A stretch of DNA of 64,000 nt, from positions 59,892,001-59,956,000 of the forward strand of contig NC_083282.1 in assembly GCF_963506605.1 (NCBI RefSeq), written 5' to 3'. Every line of letters starts with the position of its first letter. The first letter of the stretch is position 1. A program made the position numbers and the translations under genes. Below the pieces are notes generated by a model. The model made no database searches, had not been told where the DNA came from, and saw only the letters and a program-made list of their open reading frames with translations. Shown one piece after another: positions 24,749-37,719 of this stretch. Origin of the DNA: Zootoca vivipara (lineage: Eukaryota).

Positions 24749-26084
24749 TGAAAGTTGGATTAAGTGCCCCCATCCCTATGTCTGTGCTCATCAGACCCTG
24801 GGAAAAGTGTTGCTTGATGTAAATCACAAAAACGATGACAGTTGAAATCTGGGAAGGAGTGTGGAGCTATTTGCATGCCAATGCCCTAAAATGGACATCA
24901 TTGGCATTTTCAGCCCATTGCCTTAATGTGTGTGGTTTTTTATATAAAAAAGTCCAAGCTCTTGACCAAGAGCATTGGGGGTTGGGGGACAACCCACTGC
25001 TATATCCAATGCTCTGTCACTGGTGCCAGGCAAGCCAGAAGGTGAGGAAGCTTCCCTGTGGCTTTTTCCTCCACCATCTCCAGTGGATTAAAATCCTCTA
25101 GTGCCATGCCCTGAAATGTTCCATTTGGGGGCTCTCCCCGGTCAGAAACAGCTTCCTACCCACTAGGGTGAAACTTGAACCTCCACAGTGGTGGAAGACA
25201 CACACTCCCCACAGCACTGCTTTTCCTTACTGCTTGGGGAGACACCTGTGTGCCCCCACCCCTCAGCCAACAACATGGGGAAGGTTATGAGTGCACTGAA
25301 AATTCATTGGTTTTCATTTTCCTTGCCTTCGCCTTTTTTTCCAATCTAGGAGTGTTTCCTGGATGCACACAAATACTATGTTTAAGATGTATAATAATTT
25401 AATTAAGATGTGTCATTAAAAATAAAAAGCTGTCTGTTGCTGTTATTTACATTTTTCAATGTAAGGAAATAGCTTTTTTAAAGTGGCTGTCATGCAGCAG
25501 GAGCTACCTTATTTTCATCTTTTGCAAGGTCAGAGAGGGGAAAGGATATTACACTGCTGCTGCTGCTGAATGGGGTTGGTGCTAGTAATGTGATGTAGGC
25601 TTCTTTGGCACCCCATCTCTTTCTCCAATGCAGCATCCTCCAGATCTTCTTGGAGAGCATCACGTTGGCTACCTAACTCCTCTTTCTTTTCCCCACAGAT
25701 GAATAGTTGGAGGAAAGAAAGGGGTGCCCCCCTACGCAGGTGTGTGCGTGTGCGTGTAGGAGGCAGGGTACGCACAAATTCTTGATTCTAGCATAGGATG
25801 TGGCACAAGAGTCTTGTTTGTGAATCTTCCAACTATATGTAGGTTTGTCCTGTGGCGGAGTGCTGCTTGGTTGGGGTCGAAAGCTTGTTGGCAAAAACAA
25901 CTCCGTTGGCAATGATTCAGATTCAGACAGTAAGGTTCTCCTGTTGAAGTGATTGTTTTGTGGGAATATTTGTGTTGGCATAGAAGCTCTATGACGTTTT
26001 GTCACCAGGCTTGAAACAGCATTGCTGCTTCTGAGAGCTGGTGGTTGATTACTGTAGTATTAAGGAGGCACTGGGCTGGATCCA

Positions 26085-26285
26085 AAGAGGAGCCATAACT
26101 CTGGCAGAGCACCTGCTTTGCATGCCGAATGTGCCAGGCTCAGTCCCTGGCACCTCCAAGAACGCTGGGAATTGGCATGTCCCTGAATCCCTAGAGAGCC
26201 CTTGCCAGTCAGCATAGAGAAGCAGTACTGAGCTAGATAGACCAACAATATGACACTCTATGAGTCAGTTCCCAATGTTTCTGCC
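26085..26285 (+). mobile_element. tRNA-derived SINE (same family as 19425-19535)
   Basis: gcagagcacctgctttgcatg...ccctggcacctcca head followed by gccagtcag...tactgagctagatagacca body. Confidence 0.7.
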
Positions 26286-27155
26286 TGTTCCTGCTTTTGA
26301 AGGGCAAACCTTATTTGAAAGGAAATTTTGGGAATGAGCACAATTTCAAAAGGAACTTGTAATACGACACACAGAGTCTGCTGCTTAAAAGAGAAGGCAA
26401 ACATTTTATGTTGGGAGTGCCTAAAGTCGGAATTTGGGCCCTAGCCACAACTGAGTATTCGGGAAACTTGCTGTCTGGTGTTATGCCTATTTTAGGATTT
26501 GTTTGTTATCACAGAAGGATTATGGTTGAGGATGAAATAATCCCATGTTGAGGAAACAATTTGGTTATATTTTAATGTGGGATAACTTCGGGGATGAATT
26601 AAATGTTCAGAGGTCATCTATCATGTATGTGGCAAGGCTCATACTTGGAACATTCATGTGTGCTACTGAACATAGGAAGCACGAGATGTGTGTGAATTTC
26701 TTCCCCCTTCCCCGCCTATTGGCAGATGCAAGGAGCATAGAAACTGGCTGGCTAGCACGTTGTGACTGAGTTACTTGATGCTTCCAGGCCCTTGGACTTT
26801 GACCTGCAACTTAGCATGTGGCAGGGCATAATCACAAGCCTTAAGCCTTCAAGTTGGTCCTTAGATATTAGTACTGTAGTAGCTATAATTTAGTAGTAGC
26901 ATTTTATCGCTCATCCTAGGGTTGATGTTCTGTATCCTCCTGCCAGGTGATGATAAGGATTTCATCAGAGATTTGGGTGCAGATGTCTGGCAGGTGGAAT
27001 GGTAATTTATATTCACCCATTGTGGTAATTTATGTGAAAATTATTTTGACTGTCTGTTTGACTGTTAGGTTGGTTGTGTGAATTGGGCAGTAAATGGAAC
27101 ATGTACTGATTCAGTAGCTTAGAATGTTCATAATACACTCATACATTTATTTATA

Positions 27156-27692
27156 CAGTGGGGCGCTGTGGGTTAAACCACAGAGTCTAGGGCTTGCTGA
27201 TCAGAAGGTCGACGGTTCGAATCCCTGCAACGGGGTGAGCTCCCGTTGCTCGGTCCCAGCTCCTGCCCACCTAGCAGTTCGAAAGCACATCAAAGTACAA
27301 GTAGATAAATAGGGACCCCTCTGTCGGGAAGGTAAACGGCGTTTCCGTGTGCTGCTCTGGTTTGCCAGAAGCAGCTTTGTCATGCTGGCCACATGACCCG
27401 GAAGCTGTCTGCGGACAAACGCTGGCTCCCTCGGCCTATAGAGCGAGATGAGCACCGCAACCCCAGAGTCGGACACGACTGGACCTGACGGTCAGGGGCC
27501 CTTTTACCTTTACCTCAGGTTAAGTACTTAATTAGTTCCGGAAGTCCGTACTTAACCTGAAGCGTACTTAACCTGAAGCGAACTTTCCCATGGAAAGTAA
27601 TGGAAAGTGGATCAATCCGTTCCAGAAGGGTCCACGGAGTACTTAACTTGAAAGTACTCAACCTGAAGCGTACTTAACCCGAAGTATGACTG
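27156..27692. mobile_element. Tigger-like MITE with its left TIR split by a Sauria SINE
   Basis: TA-CAGT at 27154-59, resumes tacctcaggttaagtac at 27511; right TIR gtacttaacccgaagtatgactg-TA at about 27670-27694. Confidence 0.75.
27160..27510 (+). mobile_element. Sauria SINE, near full length
   Basis: gcgctgtgggttaaaccacagag head, ggttcgaatccc B-box, 3' ggtcagggg..tttacctttacct tail. Confidence 0.92.
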
Positions 27693-28329
27693 TACATGTA
27701 TGTAATAAATTTGCAATGATAGGTTTATTAGAAAGAAGGAAACGCTCTCTTCAGAGTAAATGAATGGACTGTCTTGCTTTACAGCTTCATTATTGAATTA
27801 TTTTAAGCACTGCAGCAATAGGAGGTTTTATTCCATTACCATTGATTAGAGCATTTCTATGTGACTTTGTATAACAATCAAATGGTGCTCAATTCACAAA
27901 TTCCTGGTTTGGTCTTCAAATGCCCAACTGGGAGCAGTTCCCATAAAGGTGTGCCCTTCTCTTTTCAAGGGTATATTGCTCCCTTGCAGTGATCTTTCAC
28001 AATAAAAACATAGGAATGTCAAGGAGCTGTTTTGAATTCATGGTTTTGAAAGCATTTGTAAACTCTGACCTGAAGAATTTGAAGTATAGCACTTTAAAGT
28101 CTCCCTGGAACTAAATGGTTTAGTAGTTATAATATATAGGAACAGTGTATCTACTATGTATTTTGGAAAGTACTGTAGTTTGTCTATCTACCTGTTCTCT
28201 ATGGGTTTGGTCACCTCTCAAGATATTGTTGCCAAATTTTGCATTCGGGTTCTCGGTGCAGGGGCGGTCGTCTTTGTCAATACCGAAATGTCAATTTGAT
28301 GTGACTTTGCCCATTTTTTGACCTAACAG

Positions 28330-28442
28330 GTCCAAGCTGTGCCAATTTGGACACTTCTGAAGATACCACCGCTTTTGGTGACTTTGCCAAATTTGGTGTG
28401 ACAGTTCCAACCTGCACCGACTTGGATGCCTCTCAATGTACC
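28330..28442 (+). other. Candidate 113-nt host exon
   Basis: Acceptor ccattttttgacctaacag|G and donor ACC|gtaaga; unique-looking sequence with one open frame (PSCANLDTSEDTTAFGDFAKFGVTVPTCTDLDASQCT). Confidence 0.4.
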
Positions 28443-29173
28443 GTAAGAAACTTGGCACAAGGTTCCCTATGTGGAGGGGTCAGTCTTTGTTTACAACTGG
28501 ATGTCACAAACCATTTTGAATCAAGATGTTGGACCAAATTAGCCCAAATTAAACATAACCCCCCCCTCTGCATCAGGTTGGAGTCTTGAGTTGTTGTGTG
28601 TGTCCTACAACTCAACAAAATTAAAAAAAAAACTATTTTCTTGTCCGTAGAATTCCCGGACAGTGCTGGACACTTCCCGCTAGCAGGTTTATAGAAGAAA
28701 GTAAACCCTGAAAGTAAAATGTTATGTGGTTGTAATGTGGCTATACGAATAGCAGGTGGCTTTATGAGGCTATTATGGAAAGAGCTGTTAACTCATAGCA
28801 GTTTTATAATTAGTCTTGCTGCTTACTGTGACAGTGTACAAATCAACTCCCCGATTTTCCTATGCCTGTTTGATCAAGTCTCGGTTTGTTGCAGTCTTGT
28901 GCTGTACTCACAAAAAAGTTCTTCTTACACTGCAGCTACTGTTAGGGAAAGAAGCAACGCCTAGGAGCCACTCAGCAGCTCTGTTTGCAACATCATAAAG
29001 CAGTTGGAGCAGGCCAAACTCAACAGGATCGTTGCAGAAGCACACCAGCAAAAGCAAATATTGCTGCTGGCAATATATTTATATATATTAAGAGGGGTTC
29101 AGATTGCTTACTTCTGCCTCACTCACCTCTACAGCTTGTGCTACAGCAACTAACATGAGGTATAGGATGAGGT

Positions 29174-29459
29174 AGGCACCCGACTGTCTTCAGAGATAAT
29201 AGAGTTGCGCCTTTGGGGTTGAGGTCAAAGCACTGGAGAATCACAGCACCTGCTGTGGCTGCAGACACTGGTAACACGTATCTGCTGCCTCCTGTGCTGC
29301 TTTTGATGCATTAACACCACTGAAGTGACCTCTTTGGGGTGCAAGCCTGGGTAGTGTGTATAGAGGTCCTGGGCTTCCTCGACAACAAGACCCCCCTCTT
29401 GGCCTAGCTGATGTGGTCCAAAGAAAGCAGAGCAATACATTTGGCACCAGCTTAGCTGC
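29174..29459. mobile_element. TSD-flanked retroposon fragment (possibly RTE-derived; family uncertain)
   Basis: 12-bp exact direct repeat ataggatgaggt at 29162-73 and 29460-71. Confidence 0.55.
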
Positions 29460-32039
29460 ATAGGATGAGGTTGTTTATAACTACCTCTACTTAAAGGGTA
29501 GCCCTTAATAGGATTGCCAGATTGTGGTGCAGAGGGACGACCTAGACTTTTAGCAGCTGCTTTGACAGATGCAGCTGCTCATTTCCCCAGTATTCTGGGC
29601 TTAGAATCTATCCCTGCCATGCAACTTTCAAAGACACTTGAGTACTTTGATCCCAATCAGTGCTGTTGCATTCTCCTTATTGGTGATTAAATGGACACTT
29701 GCAGTTCAAAAGGGTGGTGATGGGATATCATTAGACAGATTTGCTGCCTGCCATTTTATTGTGTCAATGAGTTCTTCCACAAGACCCTGATTTATCAGTA
29801 AAAAATACTATGGAGTTTTGGGAGAAGCTTTTTGTAACAGTGGCTCATAAATGAATGTTTGCCTTGAAAATGACAGTCTGTTCGTAATGGGTGGATTAGT
29901 ACTGGTGTGTAATAGGAGAATTTGTATTTCAGGAAATGGGTCATGGTAACTTCTGGATCTGGAATGCAGGGCATTTACTTGTTGAGGATTAAAGATTTGT
30001 TTAACTTTGTTTGGAACTCCAATGCAAAAATATACAGAATGAGGTGTGTTGTAATGCTTCAAGAATCTGCCTTTGTCTCTGAGGGAAAGTGAGAAAATGT
30101 CTATTTGTTGTGGGGTGTTTTTCGTAGCCCTGGCAATTTAATGGAAGTGTTATTTAATGTGCAAACAGTCACTTTAAAATGTACATCTCTTGTCAAGTCC
30201 TAAAAGGCTAGCAATTTAATTCCTTAATACTTTGACTTAATGTAATGTGTGTGTTGTAAGCAGCATGTGGGGGAGGCGTATATTATCTATTTTTGATATT
30301 AGATCCGGTAAGCTTATGCCCAGGGCTAGTTCCAGGTTTCTGGGGGCTGTTGGGCCCAGGGTATCAGTAGTCCTCTTCCCTACCCCTTCCTTCTTAAACA
30401 AGGCTGACTAGAGAAGAGTGGTTTGTTAAATTTGTTTCCTATAATGTCCAAACTGGGTAACTGTGGGTCAAGCATGCCCTACAAGTCACAGTTTGATCTG
30501 CATTGCAATCCTAGTTTCCAGGAAGCACTTGAACGATGTTTTTCTGGTTTGGATGTCATGGGACAACTCCGTAGTGTTGATTTCTTCTGATTGATCATAC
30601 GTTACAAATAAAATAGTTGGTCCCGCAGCATTGATAATTGAATCTGTCACTCGTCTGTCATATACATTCTTTGAAACCAAGTACTGAAATTAAGAGCTTT
30701 GAAATTCAGAATGCTGGGAGATGCATTCAGTATAATTCTTAGAGATGGATGGAATACTGCATGCAGATTCTCCCCTTTGCTAGGCAGTATGGATGTTAGG
30801 TAGATTGTCAGAAACTTGTCCTAGGTACCAAGATGATCATTCAAGTGTAATGCACTTTTAATGTTACATTTATGCAAGAGCAAGTCTTTGAAAGTGATGT
30901 CAGAAGCAAGCCTGGTGCTCCGAACAGGAATTCACGGTTTTGATACAAGAAGAACAGCAAGTGGTGGTTTGAAGTTTCCACAATTGTTACCTGGATTTCT
31001 GGGGAACTTGTAATGAAAACATGTAGGCCTAAGAAGGTGCAAAAAGAGGGTTAAAAAAAAATAAAAATAAAAAAGTAGTAGTATATTTTATCCACCCACC
31101 CATTCCTGCTGTTTTATATACATAATTTTATTTGTATGCCACCTTTCTACAGTTCAAACCATGCTTAAGGTGGCTTACAACACGAAACAAATGCATAACT
31201 ACATCATAACAAAAGTAGTCATAAACAAGAAATGAAACATTAAAAATACACAACCAAATGGAAAATTTCCACATTTATCACAAGATCTAAAATAAAGATG
31301 ATAAAAAGCAAAAATACTACAACAAACCCCCTCCCCCAAATCACACACACTCAGCCCAAGACCGTTCACCTGCCTCAGCCATTGTAGCTGGAGTCAGTCA
31401 GTGCCCCTCCCAGGCCTGGCACAAATAGGCCTGCAAGCCAGGAAGCAGGTCTTCAGGGACTCAACAGCCAAGGTGACTGAATTCTTCTTTCCTTTGCAGT
31501 TTCTATCACCTATTTGTGTGCAATTAAGAGTGACAAACATACACTATGAAGCAATCAGCCAGGGGCTTTCAGTCCTTCAATTATAAATACATAGATGGGG
31601 AGTCTAGTTTGCAAAGGAATCTTTTACTAAACTATAACTGCACTCTAGATAGTGGCATAATTTCAGCTCAAAGGCCTTTACAGCCATAAAGAGAATTTCT
31701 AAGGCACTTGTTTCTGTAAATATCGAAGAGAAAAGCAGTAGTGTATCATGAAGAGGGAAAAGGCTGACTGTGCAGATAGAATCAAGAATTAGAAATAGCT
31801 CATGTGGCCACACACTTGACTTCAAGTGAGGGCTTGGATATTTGGTACGCTTCCAAAGGCTTTGTATATTTTAACCCAGAATGTACAAAGAGCTTCACAA
31901 AAGCAGAGTGCAATTTCCTTAGGGCAGGGTACTTGTCTCTCTGATAAATAAAGATGCAGTAAATAGATGTGGATTATACAGCCCTTAAGAACCAGCATAA
32001 GATGAGCCATGACAGCAGGCTATTAAGAAACATATAGAA

Positions 32040-32175
32040 CAGGCATCCCCAAACTGCGGCCCTCCTGATGTTTTGGCCTACAACTCTCATGATCCCAAGC
32101 TAAGAGGACCAGTGATCAGGGAAGATGGGAATTGTAGTCCAAAACATCTGGAGGGCCGAAGTTTGGGGATGCCTG
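32040..32175. mobile_element. hAT-Charlie-like MITE (well-preserved palindromic copy)
   Basis: 16-bp perfect TIR caggcatccccaaact / agtttggggatgcctg; 8-bp TSD atatagaa / atttagaa. Confidence 0.9.
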
Positions 32176-32999
32176 ATTTAGAAGAAGAGAAGGCTGGCTT
32201 TGGATCTGAGGCACAGGAAGTAGGTAATAGGACGGAGTTTTGAGCATAAATGCATTTTGAAGTAGTGTGTGGGATATCTCAACTCCCTATGACAGAAGGA
32301 AGGGAAGTTAAAGAAACAGGGCAGGCAGGAGATAGGAGCTCTCCCCCTGAAATAATGTAACTGATTAAAGTTAACTACTTTATTTAATAGTATTGAATTG
32401 ATTTATATCCTACCCTTGGAGGGGGAGAACTATACAAGGCAACAGAAAATGATATATTTATTACAAGCAAATTTATAACAATATATATTTTAAAAAACCT
32501 TAATTTAAAACAAAACCAATAAACCCAGGTGATAACAATCAAAGTAATAAATAAATCTGTAGCCAGATCGAGCACTAAAGCAGCACTCAGTCCAGTAAAA
32601 CCAGAAATTCACAACACATATAATGTATGTCTTGTGGTACTCTTTTAGCCTGAAATTCATTGCAAAAGTCAGAAGTGTTCTGATCCATATATTGGTATAA
32701 GAGGTGTGGAATTACATCAGTTTGCTTAAAAATGTGGACCAAAAGAAATTCTGCTCCATCCCTGCATGTTACCTTCATCATTTTGGAATACAGTAGTTTT
32801 TCTAGGCACATTTCATAGCAGGAAACTCTACCTTATTAGAAGCTCAGTGGATTGAGTCCAGTATATATGAGACCTTGTATACATTTTATCATGGTGGTGT
32901 TCCAAAAGTTCTGCGTTCAGGGACTCAAGGACCCAATTGAGTCCCTTGCTGAAGATCAGCAGGTTGCAGAAGGTTCTGAGACAGGTGCTAGGTTCATGT

Positions 33000-33745
33000 A
33001 GGGCACTTGCCTCATCTTAAGGTCCATAAATAGCAACAGCCTAGAGGTCCCGGGCCCTAAGGAAGTCAGATTGGCCTCGACCAGAGCCAGGGCCTTTTCA
33101 AAACTGGCTCCAACCTGGTAGAACACTCTGTCTCATGAGATGAGGGCCCTGCGAGATCTGATTTCTTTCTGCAGGGCCTGTAAGAAAGAGTTGTTCTACC
33201 TGGCCTCTGGCCTGGAACCAGCTTGACCGCCTCCTCCTCTCTCCTTTTTCCTTCTGTGATGGAACTCATACAGTGGTACCTCTACTTACGAATTTAATGT
33301 GTTCCGAACGCACATTTGTAAGTCGAATCCCATAGGAATGCATTGGGAGAAAAATTCATAAGTCAAAGCAACCCTATCTAAAAATTCGTAAGTAGAAAAA
33401 ATCCTATCTAAACCGCATCCAAGATGGCAGATGGAGCTCTGTTCGTAAGTAGAAAACATTCGTAAGTAGAGTTATTTGTAAGTAGAGGTACCACTGTATT
33501 TGGGGACTTTTTCTGGCCCATGTAGGACCAGTCTGGATAGTTGGCCTGATGAAGATCTGACATTTTCTTCCACAAACAGTTTTTGATTTGAGTTTCTATT
33601 GAAATGAGACTGCATTTTAATGTTGTATTTAATCTTGTTTCTAAGCTGTATTTTAATCAATTGCTTTATATCCAGTGTTAGCCACCCTGAGCCCGGTCTT
33701 GGCGGGGGAGGGCGGGGTATAAATAAAATGTATTACTATCACTAC
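33000..33745 (+). mobile_element. L2-like LINE 3' end interrupted by a Tigger MITE
   Basis: agggccttttc...cctgg..aac..tct 3' motif and terminal gttagccaccctgagccc...gggcggggtataaataaa; boundaries approximate. Confidence 0.65.
33271..33496. mobile_element. Tigger/pogo-like MITE
   Basis: 19-bp perfect TIR cagtggtacctctacttac, TA on both sides. Confidence 0.9.
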
Positions 33746-35304
33746 ACACACACACACACCCCGAACTGAGAGTTCAACCTGCAACAGTGCCCTCCTGTAG
33801 CGGCACATTGCAAGGGACGAGAGGTCTTGGAGGATGAGCTGTGATGCAGGGAAGCTTTTATGCTGCTGCTGATCTTCTGAAGCTGCTGTCCTGTGAGAGC
33901 ATGAAGACGTGTACAAAGCAGTCTTTAAATTCAGATGCTGGTGTTTGATGGTGTCCCGTTCAGTAAACTTAGATCAGGAACTTTTCAGTTATCAATAACT
34001 GAGGTTTTGTTTGAAATCTGTTGACAGCACCTTGGCAGCTGACTAATGTTAATGATTTTGCATGCTGATACACATGGACAAGATAATATCCTAGCCTAGG
34101 CAGATTATTGTTTTGTCCTATTGGAAATAGCAGTGTGGATAAAATCTGTTGCAGAAACGGAACCACAGTATGCCAAGTATTAATCACAGATCTTATTTTC
34201 TGTCTAGGAATTCTTGACAGTAGAATTGGCAGCAAGGAGCCAGCATGTGCTGGCAAATTCTTGTCTCCTGTAAAGATTTAAACGGCACATTTTCAGAATC
34301 TCTGATGGATTTTTTTTAATTAATTTTTTGTTCTATTCAACTCCCGCTACTGCAGGAAAGATGAAGCACAAAGTAGGGAATCGGGGTAAAAATGGTGGCC
34401 TGTGGAGTATATGTGTGTTTTGAATTTTAGTGAGGTTCCTCAAACTGATGCCCGTTCACATGTTTTAAACCTGAGGAAGGGCAATTCATTTGCTTTGTTT
34501 CTTTGACATAGAGGATAATTTAACTTCAGATGCTCTGGAGGTCACATGCACCAGAAGATAATGACTTTCACAATTCTCTGTGAGACGTGAGGTCGTTCAG
34601 GTGGGTGTGGAACAGGCAGGACTGGGATTTGTGCCAGACCTTATTTGGCCAGTGGGCCAGAGATTCACCACTGCTGCAATAGGGGAAAACCAGAGCGAGC
34701 TTTTGCAATTTCATGAAGTTTCATTTTGCCTGGAGTTCCAACAGAGCATTAACAATAAAACCCCCCACCACAGGACATTCCAAGAACAGTAACAGCAGAG
34801 TTCTCTTTGCACTGGATTATTTCTGTTTTATGATACACATGTATCAGCATGTTGCTACAGCATGTTTGGTGGTTTACATGTAAAGACACAACAATTTTCA
34901 AGTTTGTTGACTATTATCCTTTAAAAAAAACAATGGACAAAGCTTCACCATGCTCCACTGTTGCATTTTTGTGAACCGTGGAATTGCTCAGCAATATTTT
35001 TCCGCATGCAATTATATAGTTGAAAGTAATGCACAGCATGCTCTGCATTGTCCACTCTAAATAATTGTCCCCGAGTTGCCAATATTAAAGCTGTTTCATT
35101 AATAAGCCACCTAATTATAGCTTTTCTTAGAAACCTGCAAGCTGCAGCAACTGAAAACAAAAGTTAATGATATCTCGAGGCCAGTGTCTGACGTCCCTTG
35201 TGATCATAGTTTTTGAGGCCAGCAAGGATGGTGACTGTTGCCTTATTTGACCTCTTTGCACAGCAACACGAGCTGTGAAAATGGCCTCGGCAGTTACTGT
35301 CAAA

Positions 35305-35630
35305 TTATTATTATTGATTAAATTTATATCCCAACCTTCCAAGGGAGCGGAGCCCAGGGTGGCAAACAAATCCACAATTTAGGAACAAACACAAAGCATA
35401 AACATAGCAAATGCATTTACTGTAAAGGAGTTGAAAGACTATTACAGTTAAGAACATTCTAAAAGCAGTTGAGGTTAAAACCACTCTTCCATCCAGTGAT
35501 CCCAGGGTTGGCAGGAACAGTATCCTTCAGTCACCGAATGCCTGGATAAACAGGAATGTTCTCAGATTCCTCCTGAAAGTTAATAATGATGGAGGCGGGC
35601 ACATCTCAGGGGGCATTTCCAAACTGGAGA
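35305..35630 (-). mobile_element. LINE 3' end fragment (L2-like)
   Basis: ttattattattgattaaatttatatcccaaccttcc...gagcccagggtggc is the reverse of a LINE tail. Confidence 0.5.
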
Positions 35631-37076
35631 ATCTTCTGCAGTAGTTAGTTGCAGTTTGTTAGTTGTTTAACAAAAACGAAGTCTGTCATGTTGCAACTCC
35701 ATCCCATCTCTAGGAGTAACTTGAGAATGAGCCTGAAGACTTTTTGCTGTCTTCAGGAGTCTTTATATGAACTAAAAGCCACCAGCATTGTGGAGTCCAG
35801 ATCTGTTTTACCAGTGACTTCTGTATCATGCCACTGATGATTTCTCGGCAAACATTGGTTGTGTATTGAGATGCATATAGTTTCCTCCCTTTTTGCCAGG
35901 GTATCTACAGGAAGCTACCCAGCCAGTTCTTCCTTGGTGGGTATGCTTCTCAATACTGTACTAATATTCTGCTTCATTTTCCTGTCTGGGCCATCACAAG
36001 CTTCACTTCCCTTCCTGCGTACTGTCTCGATCTCTTTGTGCACAAGCCAGCATTATGCACACTTTGAATTCTTGACATTTCCTGACTCTGGCTCCCGACT
36101 TCAGTCTCTTGAGTCTGCTTTGGCTAGGTTACCAGTTTTTAAAATGTTAACAAGTTGAACTATACTGTATATTTCATTTCATGGATGTCATGATTACTTC
36201 AGCATGGTTTCTAAATACAACACATTTTCAAATGTTTTTGAGAGTAATGCTTGATCATATTCCTGTTTAAAAAGAGTCTAGAAAAAAAGTAAATTGCTTT
36301 CCCTTCGGTTTTTTAGTAACCTCAAACTCATATTTATGGTTGCTTTAGATAACACTTGAAGCTTAATTCACAATACATTTAAAAAATCCAAAGGCTGAAC
36401 CTTATGGGAGGATCAAGAGCTTTGTGGTGTTTGTCATTTAAGTCTTGGAAAAGGGGAGCGAAAATTATATGTATGTTTGGTTCTATTTGCACAAGGATCA
36501 TTTTGTAACAAATATTTTCTGTGAGCCTGCGTATTTGCTTGAAAAATTTTGATCGACAGGAGCAGCTCAGTTTTCTAACTTGATTTAAATTAGATTGCTG
36601 TCTGTTTGAGGGAGCAGCATTATTCAGTGCCCTGGCCAGCATTTCTTCCTCTGCTTGGGCTATCTCATCAAGTTAACGCTAAAACAAATTGAAAAGATTC
36701 ATTCAGTAAGTAGGAGTTTTGGTATGAGGAGTTTCTTCCACCCCCACTCCACCCCACCCCCCTACTTTTGGACTCTCTGCATATGACTCAGTATCGCTGA
36801 CTAAAAAACTTGCCGAAAAATGCATTAGCTAAGTGAAAAGTAAGCTGCTGAGCTTCCCACTAGTGGACTTTTTCAAAATGTTCTCTCTGATGTTACTTTT
36901 AACTTATCTCTAGGCCAGTGTGGGTTTAAAACAGGCTTACAAATAAGAGGAAGGGGAGGGGAAATATTAGTGGCTCATGGAAAGTATGTATTGAGCGTAT
37001 ATTATGGATATTTCCTCTCTCCTGTTACACACTTTCAGGTGGAATAGACACCCATCCTCTGCATTTGAAAACTCTG

Positions 37077-37309
37077 GTCACACCCACCCCATAAATTTAA
37101 AGCTGCCTTATACTACTTTAGCAGTTATTGCTTTCCCCAAAGAATCTTGGGAAACTCTAGTTTAAGGGTGCTGAGAGTTACTAGGAGAGCCCTCATAGTG
37201 CTACAATTCCCAGCACACTTAACAAGCCACAGTTCCCAGGACTCTTTGGGGGCAGCCGTGTTTGCTAAAGTGGTATAAGAGTGCTTTAAATGTATTGTGT
37301 GGATGTGAC
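37077..37309. mobile_element. Palindromic MITE (possibly PIF/Harbinger-like)
   Basis: gtcacacccac..atttaaagc / gctttaaat..gtggatgtgac imperfect inverted termini; internal ccccaaagaatc / ctctttgggg. Confidence 0.65.
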
Positions 37310-37555
37310 ATCTGATATAACCCTAATTGGAAGTGGTTGCAGAACAGTTCCTCCATCCCCCTTTCTTATTTTATTCTCAGAAAAGCCTTTGTAGGACATT
37401 GCCAGGTTGTGCAATATAGGAACAACTTGCTTCTGTTGGTGGGTTGCATATTTCTGGGCTGCTGAAATCTCTCATACAATAACTCTTTTGAATCCCCAGC
37501 CCTGATAATTCTCTTAATTATGCAAAGTTAGCACATCAGATCAAAGACTCTTTTT

Positions 37556-37719
37556 CCACCTACACCACACACTTAAAGCACATGGCTTTCCCCAAAGAAT
37601 CCTGGGAACTATAGTTTCTCCCCCAACAGAGCTATATTTCCTAGCACCCTTAATAGACTACAGTTCCCAGGATACTTAGGGGGAAGCCAGATGATGTAAA
37701 TGTGTGGTGTGCATGTAAC
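37556..37719. mobile_element. Second, shorter copy of the same palindromic MITE family
   Basis: acaccacacacttaaagcacatggctttccccaaagaatcctgggaact ... agttcccaggatacttagggggaagcca..atgtgtggtgt. Confidence 0.65.
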
